From positions 100,378,001 to 100,442,000 of the forward strand of contig NC_135805.1 of NCBI RefSeq assembly GCF_964213995.1: a DNA stretch of 64,000 bases, in the 5' to 3' direction. Every line of letters begins with the position of its first letter. The first letter of the stretch is position 1. The translations under genes and the position numbers were made by a program. The DNA comes from Mustelus asterias (taxonomy: Eukaryota). Of the stretch, positions 1-12,016 are shown piece after piece. The notes under the pieces are model-generated. The model saw nothing but the letters and a program-made list of their open reading frames with translations. It did not search any database and had not been told where the DNA came from.

Positions 1-559
1 GTTGGATGAGTTGATTTAAAACTGTGGTGGGAACATATTTATTTTACTTTGTTCGAACTACCAATAGGAGTTAAACTAATCCATTTTGTAACACCTATTA
101 TAGATATATTTTGTAGCACATTTACCTGCTGAAAGTGGTTTCCAAGCAGCACACTCCCTTTCTGACATTGTAGTTTCAGGCCAAGTACTAACATTTCCAA
201 GATAAAAGAAAGGGAACCTGTTCTATACTTTTTATATACTTCTGCATTAAATTGGAAACCCAAATGAGCTTTCAAGACAGACAGGTATGCGTCTCTCAAA
301 TATCAGACCAGTTATAGGAGACCTTGTAAGGGACTAAGACCTAGATTTTTGTATAATTATAGAGCCATGCTCATTGCTATTTCTCAAATTTCAAATCTGG
401 GCAAAGACCTAAAATGGCTGAAGGTTCCAGGAGGTTGGGGGTAAGAGCAACTTGACACTGTCCACTGGGTGGGGCCTATTGGGGATAATCAATTGGGGTG
501 GGGAGACCTGCTGCCACTCTGCACGTAGGATGACTGGGAGAGGGAGGGAGAAGGTGATT

Positions 560-1055
560 AGGGCTGGCCATCTGGGTTGGGGCTGGTCGGCGGCCGGGAG
601 GGGGGAGGGCGGTGTGCAGCAGCGTTCGAAATCGGGGCTGGCCAGGTTGGGGAGATCAGGACTGGTGGGGGGGGGGGGGGGGGGGGGAGGGAGATTGGGG
701 GGGGGCACTGGGGCTTGCCTGGGGAGTCCCAGGAGGCCAGCAATGGGGGGGGGGGTTTGTGGGGCTGGCCAGCAATCTGGAGGCCGACAAAGAAAGGCCA
801 CTGCATGTGCGCCAATCTCTGTGCTGACAGATCGGCGCATGTGCAGTGGCCCACTCAGCATTATGCTGCCAGTGTCTCAGGTGGGAATATGTGCTGCCCC
901 CTGATTTTCAAAGTGAATCACGCTAGGGCACTCCGTGGTGCACAGTGTCTCGGAGATTCATTCTGGAAATCACACTTTTTAAAAAAAAACAGTGGGATTT
1001 ACTCCCATTGTCCTGCATATTGGGGACTTAGAATTTGTTTGGGAGAATCCCAGCC
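560..1055. mobile_element. GC-rich non-autonomous DNA transposon (Harbinger-like MITE), partial
   Basis: Ends in GGGAGAATCCCAGCC, the same terminal motif as 27749-27763. 796-1055 is homologous in inverted orientation to 26116-26336. Internal hairpin at 796-851. Left end not found. Confidence 0.55.
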
Positions 1056-3515
1056 ATTATCTCTGAAGAGTTACCAACCATATATTGTGGGCAGCACAGC
1101 CAAAATTCAGAGAACTATACAAAGGCCATCTACACTTCATAACCCAGGTTGGCCAACAAACTCCGTCCATCATAATAAAGGACCTCTCAATCTTCCTTTC
1201 AATTCTTAATGGTTGCGACATTCAAATGAGGAATACACACTGTAAAGAGGTGTGAGTCATGTGACATGGACTCGTTTGTCTTGCTATACTGCAAAGTCGC
1301 AGTCTGCCATTTTGCCATCTAATTAGCAGCATCATAAACAAGAGTTCTGACTCAGGTTGTTCATCTTTGCATGACTGTTTCATTGTGTGAAGTCAACACT
1401 GTCGGAAAAGTGAACTATCCAGCATCGGTTTTCAACTCACTGACCTCTGTGAAAGAATACATCATTAGACTTAGATGCTGGATTCTGGAACCTGTAACCT
1501 CCTGGCTTGCCAGTGTCTGATTTGGGGGGAACCCCAAAGATGCATGGGAAATCCCTCTTGGAAGTTCCCAGGTAAGGATTTGCATGGCAATTGCCCATAC
1601 ATGCTAACTTCCTCTGGGAAAATTGGCTGTGCTGGAAACTGTCTGAAAAAGTGATTTAAATCGCTAACTTAGTCTAATAGTTATTTAGAAAAAGTTAGAA
1701 GAATAAAACCTCTTTTAACTTTGTATAACTATTTTAAGGACCCAAACAGATCCCTGCACGGGACCCACACCCCTCCCGAACCTGACCTCACTCTTGTGAT
1801 GTCTAACCCCCAGTGTTTTACGGTTCTCTTCAGTAGGATTTTATAATCCAGAAATTGAGCAAATTTGCTCTTGGTCCAGTTTTGCTCAGTAAAAATGTAT
1901 ATTGGAAAATGAGGGTAGGGGTTAGCTTGTCCAATTTGCAGCAACCCCAGTTTCCCGGTTATTGAAATAAATGTCCAAAAACCAGGAGTGTCGTGAATTA
2001 TCAAGCAGTTGTTCTTGTAATGTCAGGTTTCTAATTTTAGTGGATGGCTGGAGCTGGTATGATATTGGTCATTATTGTCGTCGTAGTGAGGTGGTATTCA
2101 CTGAACACTCTGATTTATAACAGATTACAGAGCTACATATGAATTACTGCAAGAGACTATGTTTTACAAGAATACTTTTATAGAAATGATGCCTTTGAGA
2201 CAAAAAATGTGCTCTTACTGAGTGGTCAATGCACTCTTTCCAAATCAGGAAATTGAGATGATGTTTGCATGGTTTTCTTGTCTGTATTGAAAACCTTCCT
2301 CTCCTGTCTGATGATAATTAAACATAAAATACTTGTGTTTTATTAATGTCAAATAGCAGAACTGTTGAGTACTTTTTCCCCCGTTACTATAATGTTGATG
2401 ACTGTAACATTAAAGATGGTAATTTTTCAGTATTTTTGAGTGACATCATTAGTATATCACAGCTCACAGAATTATTCTACTCTTGCTGCATGTTAAAGAT
2501 GAATACAGTACTGCAAGGGAAGTGTGAAGCGGGACCTGAATTATGTAGCTGGAGTCAAACAGAACTCTCATTTACATGGTTGATATGTGGGAGGCATATT
2601 GAAATGCCGATTTATATGCGAATACGATACCAACAATGAATGGCTGAATATGCAAGCAAGTGGTGGTATGCATGTTTCATATCTATAAGTTGCTGTGTGC
2701 TGAGAGTCCTCAATAGACCAATTGATACGAAAATCTGTGATAGTAAATATTGGCTAAGAAAGTCTTCAACATACAAATAAAAAGACTGTTTCTCTTCGTT
2801 TCTCATCCCCACACCCCCTTCCCACACCCACACATACACGCATACAGTGTATTTTCCTCTAGCATGTTGTCATGGAAACTCATATTTCAGTAGGCAATTG
2901 AAGGTGGATTCTTAAATAATGCTCCTTGAGCTGCTTCTGTATTTTAGGAGCTATACTGTGGGTGTGTTGGGGGTGGGATGGGAGATGAGAGCATATGTGC
3001 ACACATCTTAATTCAGCTTTCTGTAAAGGAAATGTATAACCATTGTGGTCCTCAGCAACTTCCTCATGTCTCTGACTATATAAGGTAAAGAACAAAGTTG
3101 CTTGAATTTTCTCCAGAGTTAAACTACAGATCACATTATCGGTGGCTTAAAAAACTGTTATTTATTGGTCGTCTTTGTGTTTATTTTAATCAACTTGTTA
3201 AAAACAGTATACGTGATTTTTGAATATCAAGGTGAATAGTGAAGCCGCTGTAAATCAGAATGTGCCGCCATTGTACTTTGGCACTGCAAACCCTAGAAGA
3301 GAGAAAATGTGAGGGGGACATTGTGCTACTTTTATATTTTGCATTTCAAACGCATACAGACTTTTAAATTCTTCCTTCTCTTTCCCACCCCCATTCCGTG
3401 CCCTCAGCTCAGGAATCCAGAGGCCTGCAAAGTCCGTTTGACTGTTTTATGAGTTTACACAGTAAGAAGCCTCAACACCAGGTTAAAGTCCAACAGGATT
3501 ATTTGGTAGCAAAAA

Positions 3516-3552
3516 CCACTAGCTTTCGGAGCGCTGCTCCTTCATCAGGTGA
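3516..3552 (-). ncRNA. Minimal type I hammerhead ribozyme motif in PLE pLTR
   Basis: Minus strand reads TCAC-CTGATGA-AGGAGCAGCGCTCC-GAAA-GC-TA-GTGG. Confidence 0.65.
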
Positions 3553-4812
3553 GTAAGATTTCAGTTCACAAACAGGGCATATAAAGACACAAACTCAATT
3601 TACAAAATAATGGTTGGAATGCGAGCTTTTACAGGTAATCAAGTCTTAAAGGTACAGACAATGTGAGTGGAGAGAGGGTTAAGCACAGGCACTTCACTGT
3701 ACCGCAAACCCATGGATAACTTCACGATGCTCCACTTCTCCAGCTTCCACCCTAAACACGTTAAAGAAGCCATCCCCTATGGACATGCCCTCCATATACA
3801 CAGGATCTGCTCAGATGAGGAGGATCACAACAGACACCTCCAGACGCTGAAAGATGCCCTCATAAGAACAGGATATGGCGCTCGACTCATCGATGGACAG
3901 TTCCGACGCACCACCGCGAAAAACCGCACTGACCTCCTCAAAAGACAAACACAGGACACGGCGGACAGAGTACCCTTCGTCGTCCAGTTCTTCCCCAGAG
4001 CGGAGAAGCTACGACATCTTCTCTGAAGCTTTCAACATGTCATTGATGAAGATGAACATCTTGCCAAGGCTATCCCCACACCTCCACTTCTTGCCTTCAA
4101 ACAACCGGACAACCTCAAACAGACCATTGTCCGCAGCAAACTACCCAGCCTTCAGGAGAACAGTGACCACAACACCACACAACCCTGCCACAGCAACCTC
4201 TGCAAGACGTGCCGGTTCATCGACACAGATGCCATCATCTCGCGTGAGAACACCATCCACCAGTTACACGGTACATACTCTTGCAACTCGGCCAACGTTG
4301 TCTACCTGATACGCTGCAGGAAAGGATGTCCCAAGGCATGGTACATTGCGGAGACCATGCAGACGCTAGGACAACGGATGAATGAACACCGCTCGACAAT
4401 CACCAGGCAAGAGTGTTCTCTTCCTGTTGGGGAACACTTCAGCGGTCACGGGCATTCGGCCTCTGATCTTCGGGTAAGCGTTCTCCAAGGCGGCCTTCAC
4501 GACACATGACAACGCAGAGTTGCTGAGCAGAGACTGATAGCCAAGTTCCGCACACATGAGGACGGCCTCAACCGGGATCTTGGGTTCATGTCACACTATC
4601 TGTAACCCCCACGGCTTGTCTGGCTTGCAAAATCTCACTAACTGTCCTGGCTGGAGACAATACACATCTCTTTAACCTGTGCTTAACCCTCTCTCCACTC
4701 ACATTGTCTGTACCGTTGAGACTTGATTACCTGTAAAGACTCGCATTCCAACCATTATTTTGTAAATTGAGTTTGTGTCTTTATATGCCCTGTTTGTGAA
4801 CTGAAATCCCAC

Positions 4813-4849
4813 TCGCCTGATGAAGGAGCAGCGCTCCGAAAGCTAGTGG
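4813..4849 (+). ncRNA. Minimal type I hammerhead ribozyme motif in PLE pLTR
   Basis: TCGC-CTGATGA-A-GGAGC-AGC-GCTCC-GAAA-GC-TA-GTGG: core boxes, stem II and palindromic AGCT in place of stem III. Confidence 0.65.
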
Positions 4850-7020
4850 CTTTTGCTACCAAATAAACCTGTTGGTCTTTAACCTGGTGTTGTGAGACTT
4901 CTTACTGTGTTTACCCCAGTCTAGCGCCGACATCTCCACATCATTACTAGTTTACACCATGAACTGTAACTAAATCAAAGGATTCCTCAGTGTTTTTAAA
5001 TCTGGGTGAAATTGTTCTTGAGTTAGACTCCTTGACTATTCTTAAGATTGTTTGAGCCTGCCTTCTCCAGGAATGTGTCACTGCTTCCGTCTAATTTTTG
5101 GATCTGACCTGAGCAGCATTCTCACGTTGTGGCAATGAGATTGCATAAATTGGTAAGTTAACAAAACTGGGCTTGTTCGCATTTGAAAAGAGCTGTGACC
5201 AATGGAAGTTTGCAACATCATGAACGGATTGATGAAATTGATCTGGAACATTGTTCATAGAATGATACAACCCAGAAGGAAGCCATGTGACCCATTGTTC
5301 CTGTGCTGGTTGTTTAAAAAGGCTGTCTAATTCATCCTGCGTGCGTGCATGCAAGTGGGTGCCTGTTGTTATACTCAAAAAATGATTTGGTTGGAGAATT
5401 GTTTCACACTGGTCTTTGGGTTCAAGCTATTTTATTGTAAACCTCTACTTCAGAGCTGCCAGCCATGACACAATCAATGTTACAGGTTCTACTGGCAATT
5501 CTCTTAACGAGGTGATTGCCACACTCTGATTAGTAGTACATTGTCACCTACATTTGGGGAGTAGGTGTTTGTTGCGCTTACATGTTGGGTGTTGTGTGGA
5601 AATACACATTTATCCGTTATTTTGATTTAAACTTGCAAGTAAGCCTGATCGTGCCTGTGCATGTCACAGCACTCAAAAAGGTTAAAATACTCTTCAAATG
5701 TGAAACTTGTTGCAGTCAGCTGAGAGGTGAGAAAGGGAGTAAAATTATCCTGCACCTTTCCTGCTCGGTAACAATATTGGTTTAAACTTTACAGTGCAGC
5801 TCACACGGTTCCATGCTAGAATATATCTCTGAATTTGGTTGTTAACTTAAACTTGCAAAAGCTAGTTGCTGAATTGTTCAATTGGAACACGCTCTCCACA
5901 GTCACATGCCTTGTTCCATAAAAACATACTTATTATGGGTTGTGAGGGAGCATGTCATGGAGGTTTATAGCATGGAAACAGGCCCTTCGGCCCAACTTGT
6001 CCACGCTGCCTTTTTTTAAAAAACCTCTAAGCAAATCCCAGTTGCCCGCATTTGGCCCATATCCCTCTATACCCATCGTACTCATGTAACTATCTAAATG
6101 CTTTTTAAAAGACAAAATTGTACCCGCCTCTACAACTACCTCTGGCAGCTTGTTCCAGACATTCACCACCCTCTTTCTGAAAAAATTACCCCTCTGGACA
6201 CTTTTGTATCTCTCCCCTTTCACCTTAAACCTATGCCCTCTAGTTTTAGACTCCCCTAAAAAAGATATTGACTATCTAGCTGATCTGTGCCCCTCATTAT
6301 TTTATAGACCTCTATAAGATCACCCCTCAGCCTCCTACGCTCCAGAGAAAAAAAATCCCAGTCTACCCAGCCTCTCCTTATAACTCAAGCCATCAAGTCC
6401 CGGTAGCATCCTAGTAAATCTTTTCTGCACTCTTTTTAGTTTAATAATATCTTTTCTATAATAGGGTGACCAGAATTGCACACAGTATTCCAAGTGTGGC
6501 CTTACCAACGTCTTGTACAACTTCAACAAGACGTTCCAGCTCCTGTATTCAATGTTCTGACCGATGAAACCAAGCATGCCAAATGCCTTCTTCACCACTC
6601 TGTCCACCTGTGACTCCTCTTTCAAGGAGCTATGAACATGTACCCCTCGATCTCTTTGCCCTGTAACTCTCCCCAATGCCCTACCATTAACTGAGTAAGT
6701 CCTGCCCCGGTTCAATCTACCAAAATGCATCACCTCGCATTTGTCTAAATTAAACTCCATCTGCCATTCGTCAGTCCACTGGCCCAATTGATCAAGATCC
6801 TGTTGCAATTGGAGATAACTTTCTTCACTGTCCACTATGCCACCAATCTTAGTGTCATCTGCAAACTTACTAACCTTGCCTCCTATATTCTTATCCAAAT
6901 CATTAATATAAATGACAAATAACAGTGGACCCAACACTGATCCCTGAGGCACACCGCTGGTCACAGGCCTCCAGTTTGAAAAGCAACTCTTTACAACCAC
7001 CCTCTGGCTTCTGTCAAGAA

Positions 7021-7976
7021 ACACGGGACACGGTGGACAGAGTACCCTTTGTCGTCCAGTACTTCCCCGGAGCGGAGAAGCTACGGCATCTCCTCCGGAG
7101 CCTTCAACATGTCATTGATGAAGACGAACATCTCGCCAAGGCCATCCCCACACCCCCACTTCCTGCCTTCAAACAACCACGCAACCTCAAACAGACCATT
7201 GTCCGCAGCAAACTACCCAGCCTTCAGGAGAACAGTGACCATGACACCACACAACCCTGCCACAGCAACCTCTGCAAGACGTGCCGGATCATCGACACGG
7301 ATGCCATCATCTCACGTGAGAACACCATCTGCCAGGTACACGGTACATACTCTTGCAACTCGGCCAATGTTGTCTACCTGATACGCTGCAGGAAAGGATG
7401 TCCCGAGGCATGGTACATTGGGGAAACCATGCAGACGCTACGACAACGGATGAATGAACACCGCTCGACAATCACCAGGCAAGACTGTTCTCTTCCTGTG
7501 GGGGAGCACTTCAGCAGTCACGGGCATTCAGCCTTGGATCTTCAGGTAAGCGTTCTCCAAGGCGGCCTTCACGACACACGACAGCGCAGAGTCGCTGAGC
7601 AGAAACTGATAGCCAAGTTCCGCACACATGAGGACGGCCTAAACCGGGATGTTGGATTTATGTCACATTATCAGTAACCCCCACAGCTCGCCCCTGGTCT
7701 TGCATAATCTCACCAGCTGTTCTGTCTGGAGACAATACACATCTCTTTGACCTGTGTTTAATGTTCCCTCCAACCACATTATCTGTACCTTTTAAGACCT
7801 GGCTGGCTGTAGAGATTTGCATTCTAATTAGTATTCTGTAACTTGATTTCTGTGTCTGTGCACTGTTGGAGAACAGAGACCACTCCATCTGACGAAGGAG
7901 CAGCAAGCTCAGAAAGCTTATGGTATTTGCTACCAAATAAACCTGTTGGACTTTAACCTGGTGTTGTGAGACTTCT
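7021..7976 (+). mobile_element. Penelope-like element, 5'-truncated, open GIY-YIG endonuclease frame
   Basis: The frame is open to 7677 (PCHSNLCKTC, NVVYLIRCRKGCPEAWYIGET, RMNEHR, GLNRD). 12-bp TSD TTCTGTCAAGAA at 7009-7020 and 7977-7988. Confidence 0.93.
7885..7923 (+). ncRNA. Minimal hammerhead ribozyme motif, variant stem I
   Basis: CCAT-CTGACGA-AGGAGCAGCAAGCTCA-GAAA-GC-TT-ATGG. Confidence 0.55.
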
Positions 7977-9647
7977 TTCTGTCAAGAAGCCAGCTTTGTA
8001 TCCATTTAGATACCTCACCCTGGATCCTGTGAGATTTAACCTTATGCAACAACCTCAAACGCCTTGCTAAAGTCCATGTCGACAACATCAACTGCACTGC
8101 CCTCATCTATCTTCTTGGATATTCTGTCTGGGACAGAATAATCGAGGGTGTAGTTTTAGGAATGCCAAAAAGGTGTGATGAGCTATAGTGAAATGAGAAA
8201 ATAACTGTATAAAGCATGGCTCGGTCAGCAGTCAATTATAAATTGGTAAGTTAGCAAATACAGTTTTTTATAAATAGTGAAAATATTTCACAAAGTCTAT
8301 GGAACAATAATAGAATCATGTAAAATTAAATCATGTAAATCATGTAAAGCTAAAACTTATTTTTTGAAAATGTGTTGGTGATATCCTATTTAACGAATTA
8401 AATTGGACATATAATAAAACATCTGGACTGGTTGCTCACTAAACAATTGCCACCATCTTGAGGGCAACTGATTCACAAAGCATTTCATCTTAATCACGTT
8501 TTCCCTCCAACATCAAGCTCTACATAAACGACGAGTCAAGAAGCAGTTCTTGAAGGTTTTTACCAAAAACATACACAAAAGTGTACCTTTTATAGATTGT
8601 GTTTATGCTGCATATGCAATGTAATACTAGCTGTGATGTTCTCACCTTGATCTGGAATGCCGATGGATCATTTTGAATATTAGAGTTGTGCTTATAAAAA
8701 TCCAGGCATTTCTGCGTCTAACTCAGACTGTAAACATGACTGCATATCTAGTATTTTGTCCCCAGCTGGACACTATTAGTATAAAATTTAATAGTAAAAT
8801 GCTATTCCCAATACATGAGACATCCATTGAGCAGAAATGCCCCTGTTTCTTGTGATATTAGCACACTCTTCGGAATGATGTGATTCCATTAATAATGGAC
8901 TGGACACTGTCATCCCGCTGTTGCTGATTGAATGAAAGTGATCTGTTTATATTGTTCATTTTTAATTGAATAGATCCTTGGATAATTCTGTTCACCTTCA
9001 TGTACTACAGATCAATGTCAACAATGTAGAAAATGATTGCTCATTGGAGTGGGGTTTTGGGTTCTGAAGTAAAACAGGCCAAAAGAGAAGATGCAATGGC
9101 CAGAGTGAGATTGAGAGTTTTTTTATTGCTTTGCTGCTGAGTTGATCATTGTAATTCAGGAACAACTGCATGTATAAAATCCTTTTAAATGTTGTATGCA
9201 AGAACAACTTGGATGTCTGAAAAATATCTGCATAAGTCACTAATGTACAAAATGTTATACTGATCTGTACAAGATAGCTATAAAAATAGTAATATGTAGC
9301 AATCAATGCAATCCTCAGATATTTCTAATCATTATTGTAAGTGCTGTATCCTAAATAATTGGTGGTGGGGAGAAGGATAAAATCATTCCACCCCCTACCC
9401 CCCAGTATGTCTTTTTCTCTGAATTAACTGGTTGCTCACATAGAGGAGGAATTGATAATTGTCCGCTCAAATATGAATTGTATGCAGTGTGTATAATGTG
9501 GCATGAATATACCTTTCAAAGGATGCATCATTGTTGTCTGATAAGTGATGAACCTACTCACTAACCTAAGTGTGGTGCTGAACCCTAGAGAATCCTGTCA
9601 TTTGGAATGAGTTGAATTCACCAACTGGGACAGTATAGTTCATTTGT

Positions 9648-10145
9648 GCTCCTCGAATTCTGGCTTCTTGCACATCCCCAATTTTAATTGCTGCATAATT
9701 GGAACCTGTGCCTTCAGTAGTCTAAACCCCAGGGTGAAACCATGATCACCTTCTCGGCCTTTTGGCTGAATCAAGCGTCAGCTCAAGCCCAAGATCAGGT
9801 GCAGTGCCTTTTCTTGTCTCTCTTAAGGGACCATGAATTGGATTCAATTTGAATTGGGTTTTTGGAGCAAGCAAGGAGATAGATTAAAGTCTTGACTGAT
9901 CCACTCTGCGCATTAACTTTGTAACTTTAAGAATGGAGTAAAAATTAAACCCCAAGCTCTGGAATTCCCTTCCCCCTCTCTCTTTTTTTCTCCCTTTCAC
10001 TTAAAACACCATCTTGTTGACCAGGCTTTTGGTCATCTGACCTAATGTCTCTTTTTGTGGCTCATTGTCATACTTTGTTCTATAATGTGAAGCACCATGG
10101 GATGTTTCAATACATTATAAGTGCTACAGAAATATAAGTTGTTGA
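9648..10145 (+). mobile_element. L2-type LINE 3' tail, interrupted by a U2-derived insertion
   Basis: Homologous to 58435-58705 (TCTGGC..CTTG..CATCCC..TTTTAATTG through CTA..AAATA..AGTTGT). Resembles vertebrate L2 3' ends. Confidence 0.65.
9732..9945 (+). pseudogene. U2 snRNA-derived retroposed element (rearranged pseudogene or SINEU-like)
   Basis: ATCACCTTCTCGGCCTTTTGGCT..ATCAAG matches the U2 5' end. There is a second AAGATCAGGTGCAGT, an Sm-site region GGTTTTTGGAGCA, and GGAGAT..TCCACTCTGCGCAT resembling U2 stem III/IV. TSD TAAACCCCA at 9723-9731 and 9946-9954. Confidence 0.8.
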
Positions 10146-12016
10146 TGCATTGGTAATCCTGAATTAGGATTGGAATTACCAGTGATACTCTTCGCGATGA
10201 AATAGCCTCCTTGCGCTCCCTCCTGAGACACTCGCACAACAGATACCTACTGGGGCTAGCTCTGAATGTTGCTGTTGCCAAAATTCCAGTTTAGGTAATG
10301 CCTACAGGAGAAATATAGATTTTTAAAAATCTTTAAAAATCATTATGAATTTAAAGTGATTTGAACAAACAAAACTTTCTAAATTTTAAAGTTTTTTATT
10401 TTGGCAGTTTTTCTTTTGAAAAATCCTTTCGTGGAGCAGGACAGTAAGACTTTGTTTTTTCACATGTCTTATGCAACAGATGTGGAACTGTTTCTTTTGA
10501 GAGCAATACTAAAAGTAAAGTGAGCCAGGAAGTGGTGCAACCAAGCTCCATTCATGTTTTGATCTGAGGTATGCTGCGTTCTAATTTACTAAGCCAATAG
10601 TCAGCCTAAAAGTTTTGCATCACTTGAGTTACATTACAGTGCTGTTGTGGTCTCAAGAAATGCAGTATGGCTACTGTAACATGCAATATCTATTCACTGG
10701 CTCAATCAATCCATTGCTTCAATTTTGTTTTTATTTTATTGCATGAAAGTTGTTTCATATTTGACCTGGAGCCAAAATCAAGTTTATTTGCAGCCTGTTC
10801 AAATATCAACAGCAATCTGTTTTGATCCCTTTCACATCACATGGAGCTCTGCCTTATCTGCTCTGCTAAAACCACCTGAGTAATAATGAAGGCACCATTA
10901 CACCACATGTAATGTGGTGTTTAGTAGTTATATATTGCTGTTGATCATGAGAGATGAACAGTTCCTACTTTAAATTGAAAACTGTTTTGTGCTAACAAGA
11001 TGGTTTCCAGGCTAACAGGCCCCTGCTGAATTCCTTTTCTTCATAATTCAGTATATTGCCATCCTTCTTACTCCTATTGTTTGCATAACAGACTTTAGCT
11101 CAATCTACATGTTCAAGCTATCTGGATACATCATAATGACACTTCCCACATTCTGCCCCCATGCTTTCTCAAATTTTGTACTGTTTGTGATATCTCTAAT
11201 TCTGCTCTCGTTTCCATGATTCACCTTCCATTACATTATTTTTAGTGTTAAGATGGAATTACACTGAATGAATGCTTCCACTCTTCAAGCTTGAAGCAGA
11301 CTTATTTAAGTACACAGTGTCCAAATCGCACTGCAGCCTTTGCCCACTGGACTTCAGTGTGCTAATGACTTCCCGGCTGTACCCTGCAGCTGTGGTGTCT
11401 TGGGCAGAAATATGCTGTCCATTGGTCAAATCTTATTTCCTGCTGGTTTCTTGGTTTTGCTGTTACCTCCACTATGCTGCTGCATTTAACTGAGACTATT
11501 CTCTGCTGAACTACTTCTATTTCATTACCTGGTTTACTTCTGGTGTGTCCTCTATTACTACTACATTAAGTTCAAGGGTCGTTAATGGCAAACGGTTTAG
11601 CTGTTTATTGCCAGATCTGAGTGGGCTGTATAAAGCAATATTGTATCTTGTTCTCCTCTGCCAAAATTGCTCGCTATTGCAAGATCATCCTGGAATGCTA
11701 AGATAATCCCTGGCTTCTCTTCAATGCAAATTGTCTTCTTCAGCCTCTCTCCTACATCCTTACCTCATAAGAGACATGAGGAGCTCATTACCTTTTTGTT
11801 ACTTGCCTTTAAGACATCTATATTGATCCTGTGGATTTATCTTTCGCATACGCTCATCACCAACAGGATAGAGATCAATTACAGCAATGTAAACCACTTT
11901 GCCACGTCCTCAAGTCTTGAACACTGCAGAACCCTCAGTGTTGCTTCTTCAGAGATCTGCTAATTCAATTCAGACCAGGAATCACACTTGCAACCTTTTG
12001 GTCCATGTGCCTCAGT

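Larger units (their letters stand above)
3461..4948 (+). mobile_element. Penelope-like retroelement, 5'-truncated, with inverted terminal pLTR
   Basis: RT C-terminus/thumb then GIY-YIG endonuclease (NVVYLIRCRKGCP..WYI.ET) at ~3690-4605 with in-frame stops. 3461-3690 is the reverse complement of the 3' repeat ~4680-4910. 9-bp TSD AGTTTACAC at 3452-3460 and 4949-4957. Confidence 0.92.
5955..8117 (-). mobile_element. CR1 LINE 3' fragment, split by a PLE insertion at 7021-7976
   Basis: ORF 6335-7024 has GVPQGSVLGP, YINDLD, KFADDTK and RPHLEYCVQFWSP. The CR1 3' UTR lies at ~5955-6060. CR1 sequence resumes at 7977. Confidence 0.93.

Noticed and set aside
409-1209. Overlapping Gly/Pro-rich ORFs
   Set aside because: They arise from poly-G runs in a GC-rich MITE-like repeat.
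1211-1398. Possible small solo LTR ending in CAACA
   Set aside because: No intact TG start, no TSD and no second copy in the window.
6925-7020. N-terminal extension of the GIY-YIG ORF
   Set aside because: It is antisense CR1 sequence upstream of the PLE insertion junction, not part of the PLE protein.
9745-9925. Functional U2 snRNA gene
   Set aside because: The branch-point recognition sequence GTAGTA is altered, the middle is rearranged, the 3' end is incomplete and it is flanked by a TSD. Treated as a retroposed derivative.
10168-10292. Open frame IGITSDTLRDEIASLRSLLRH.. ending at a GTAATG donor-like site
   Set aside because: The acceptor is weak, the only open frame ends in TAG right at the donor, and no protein was recognised.
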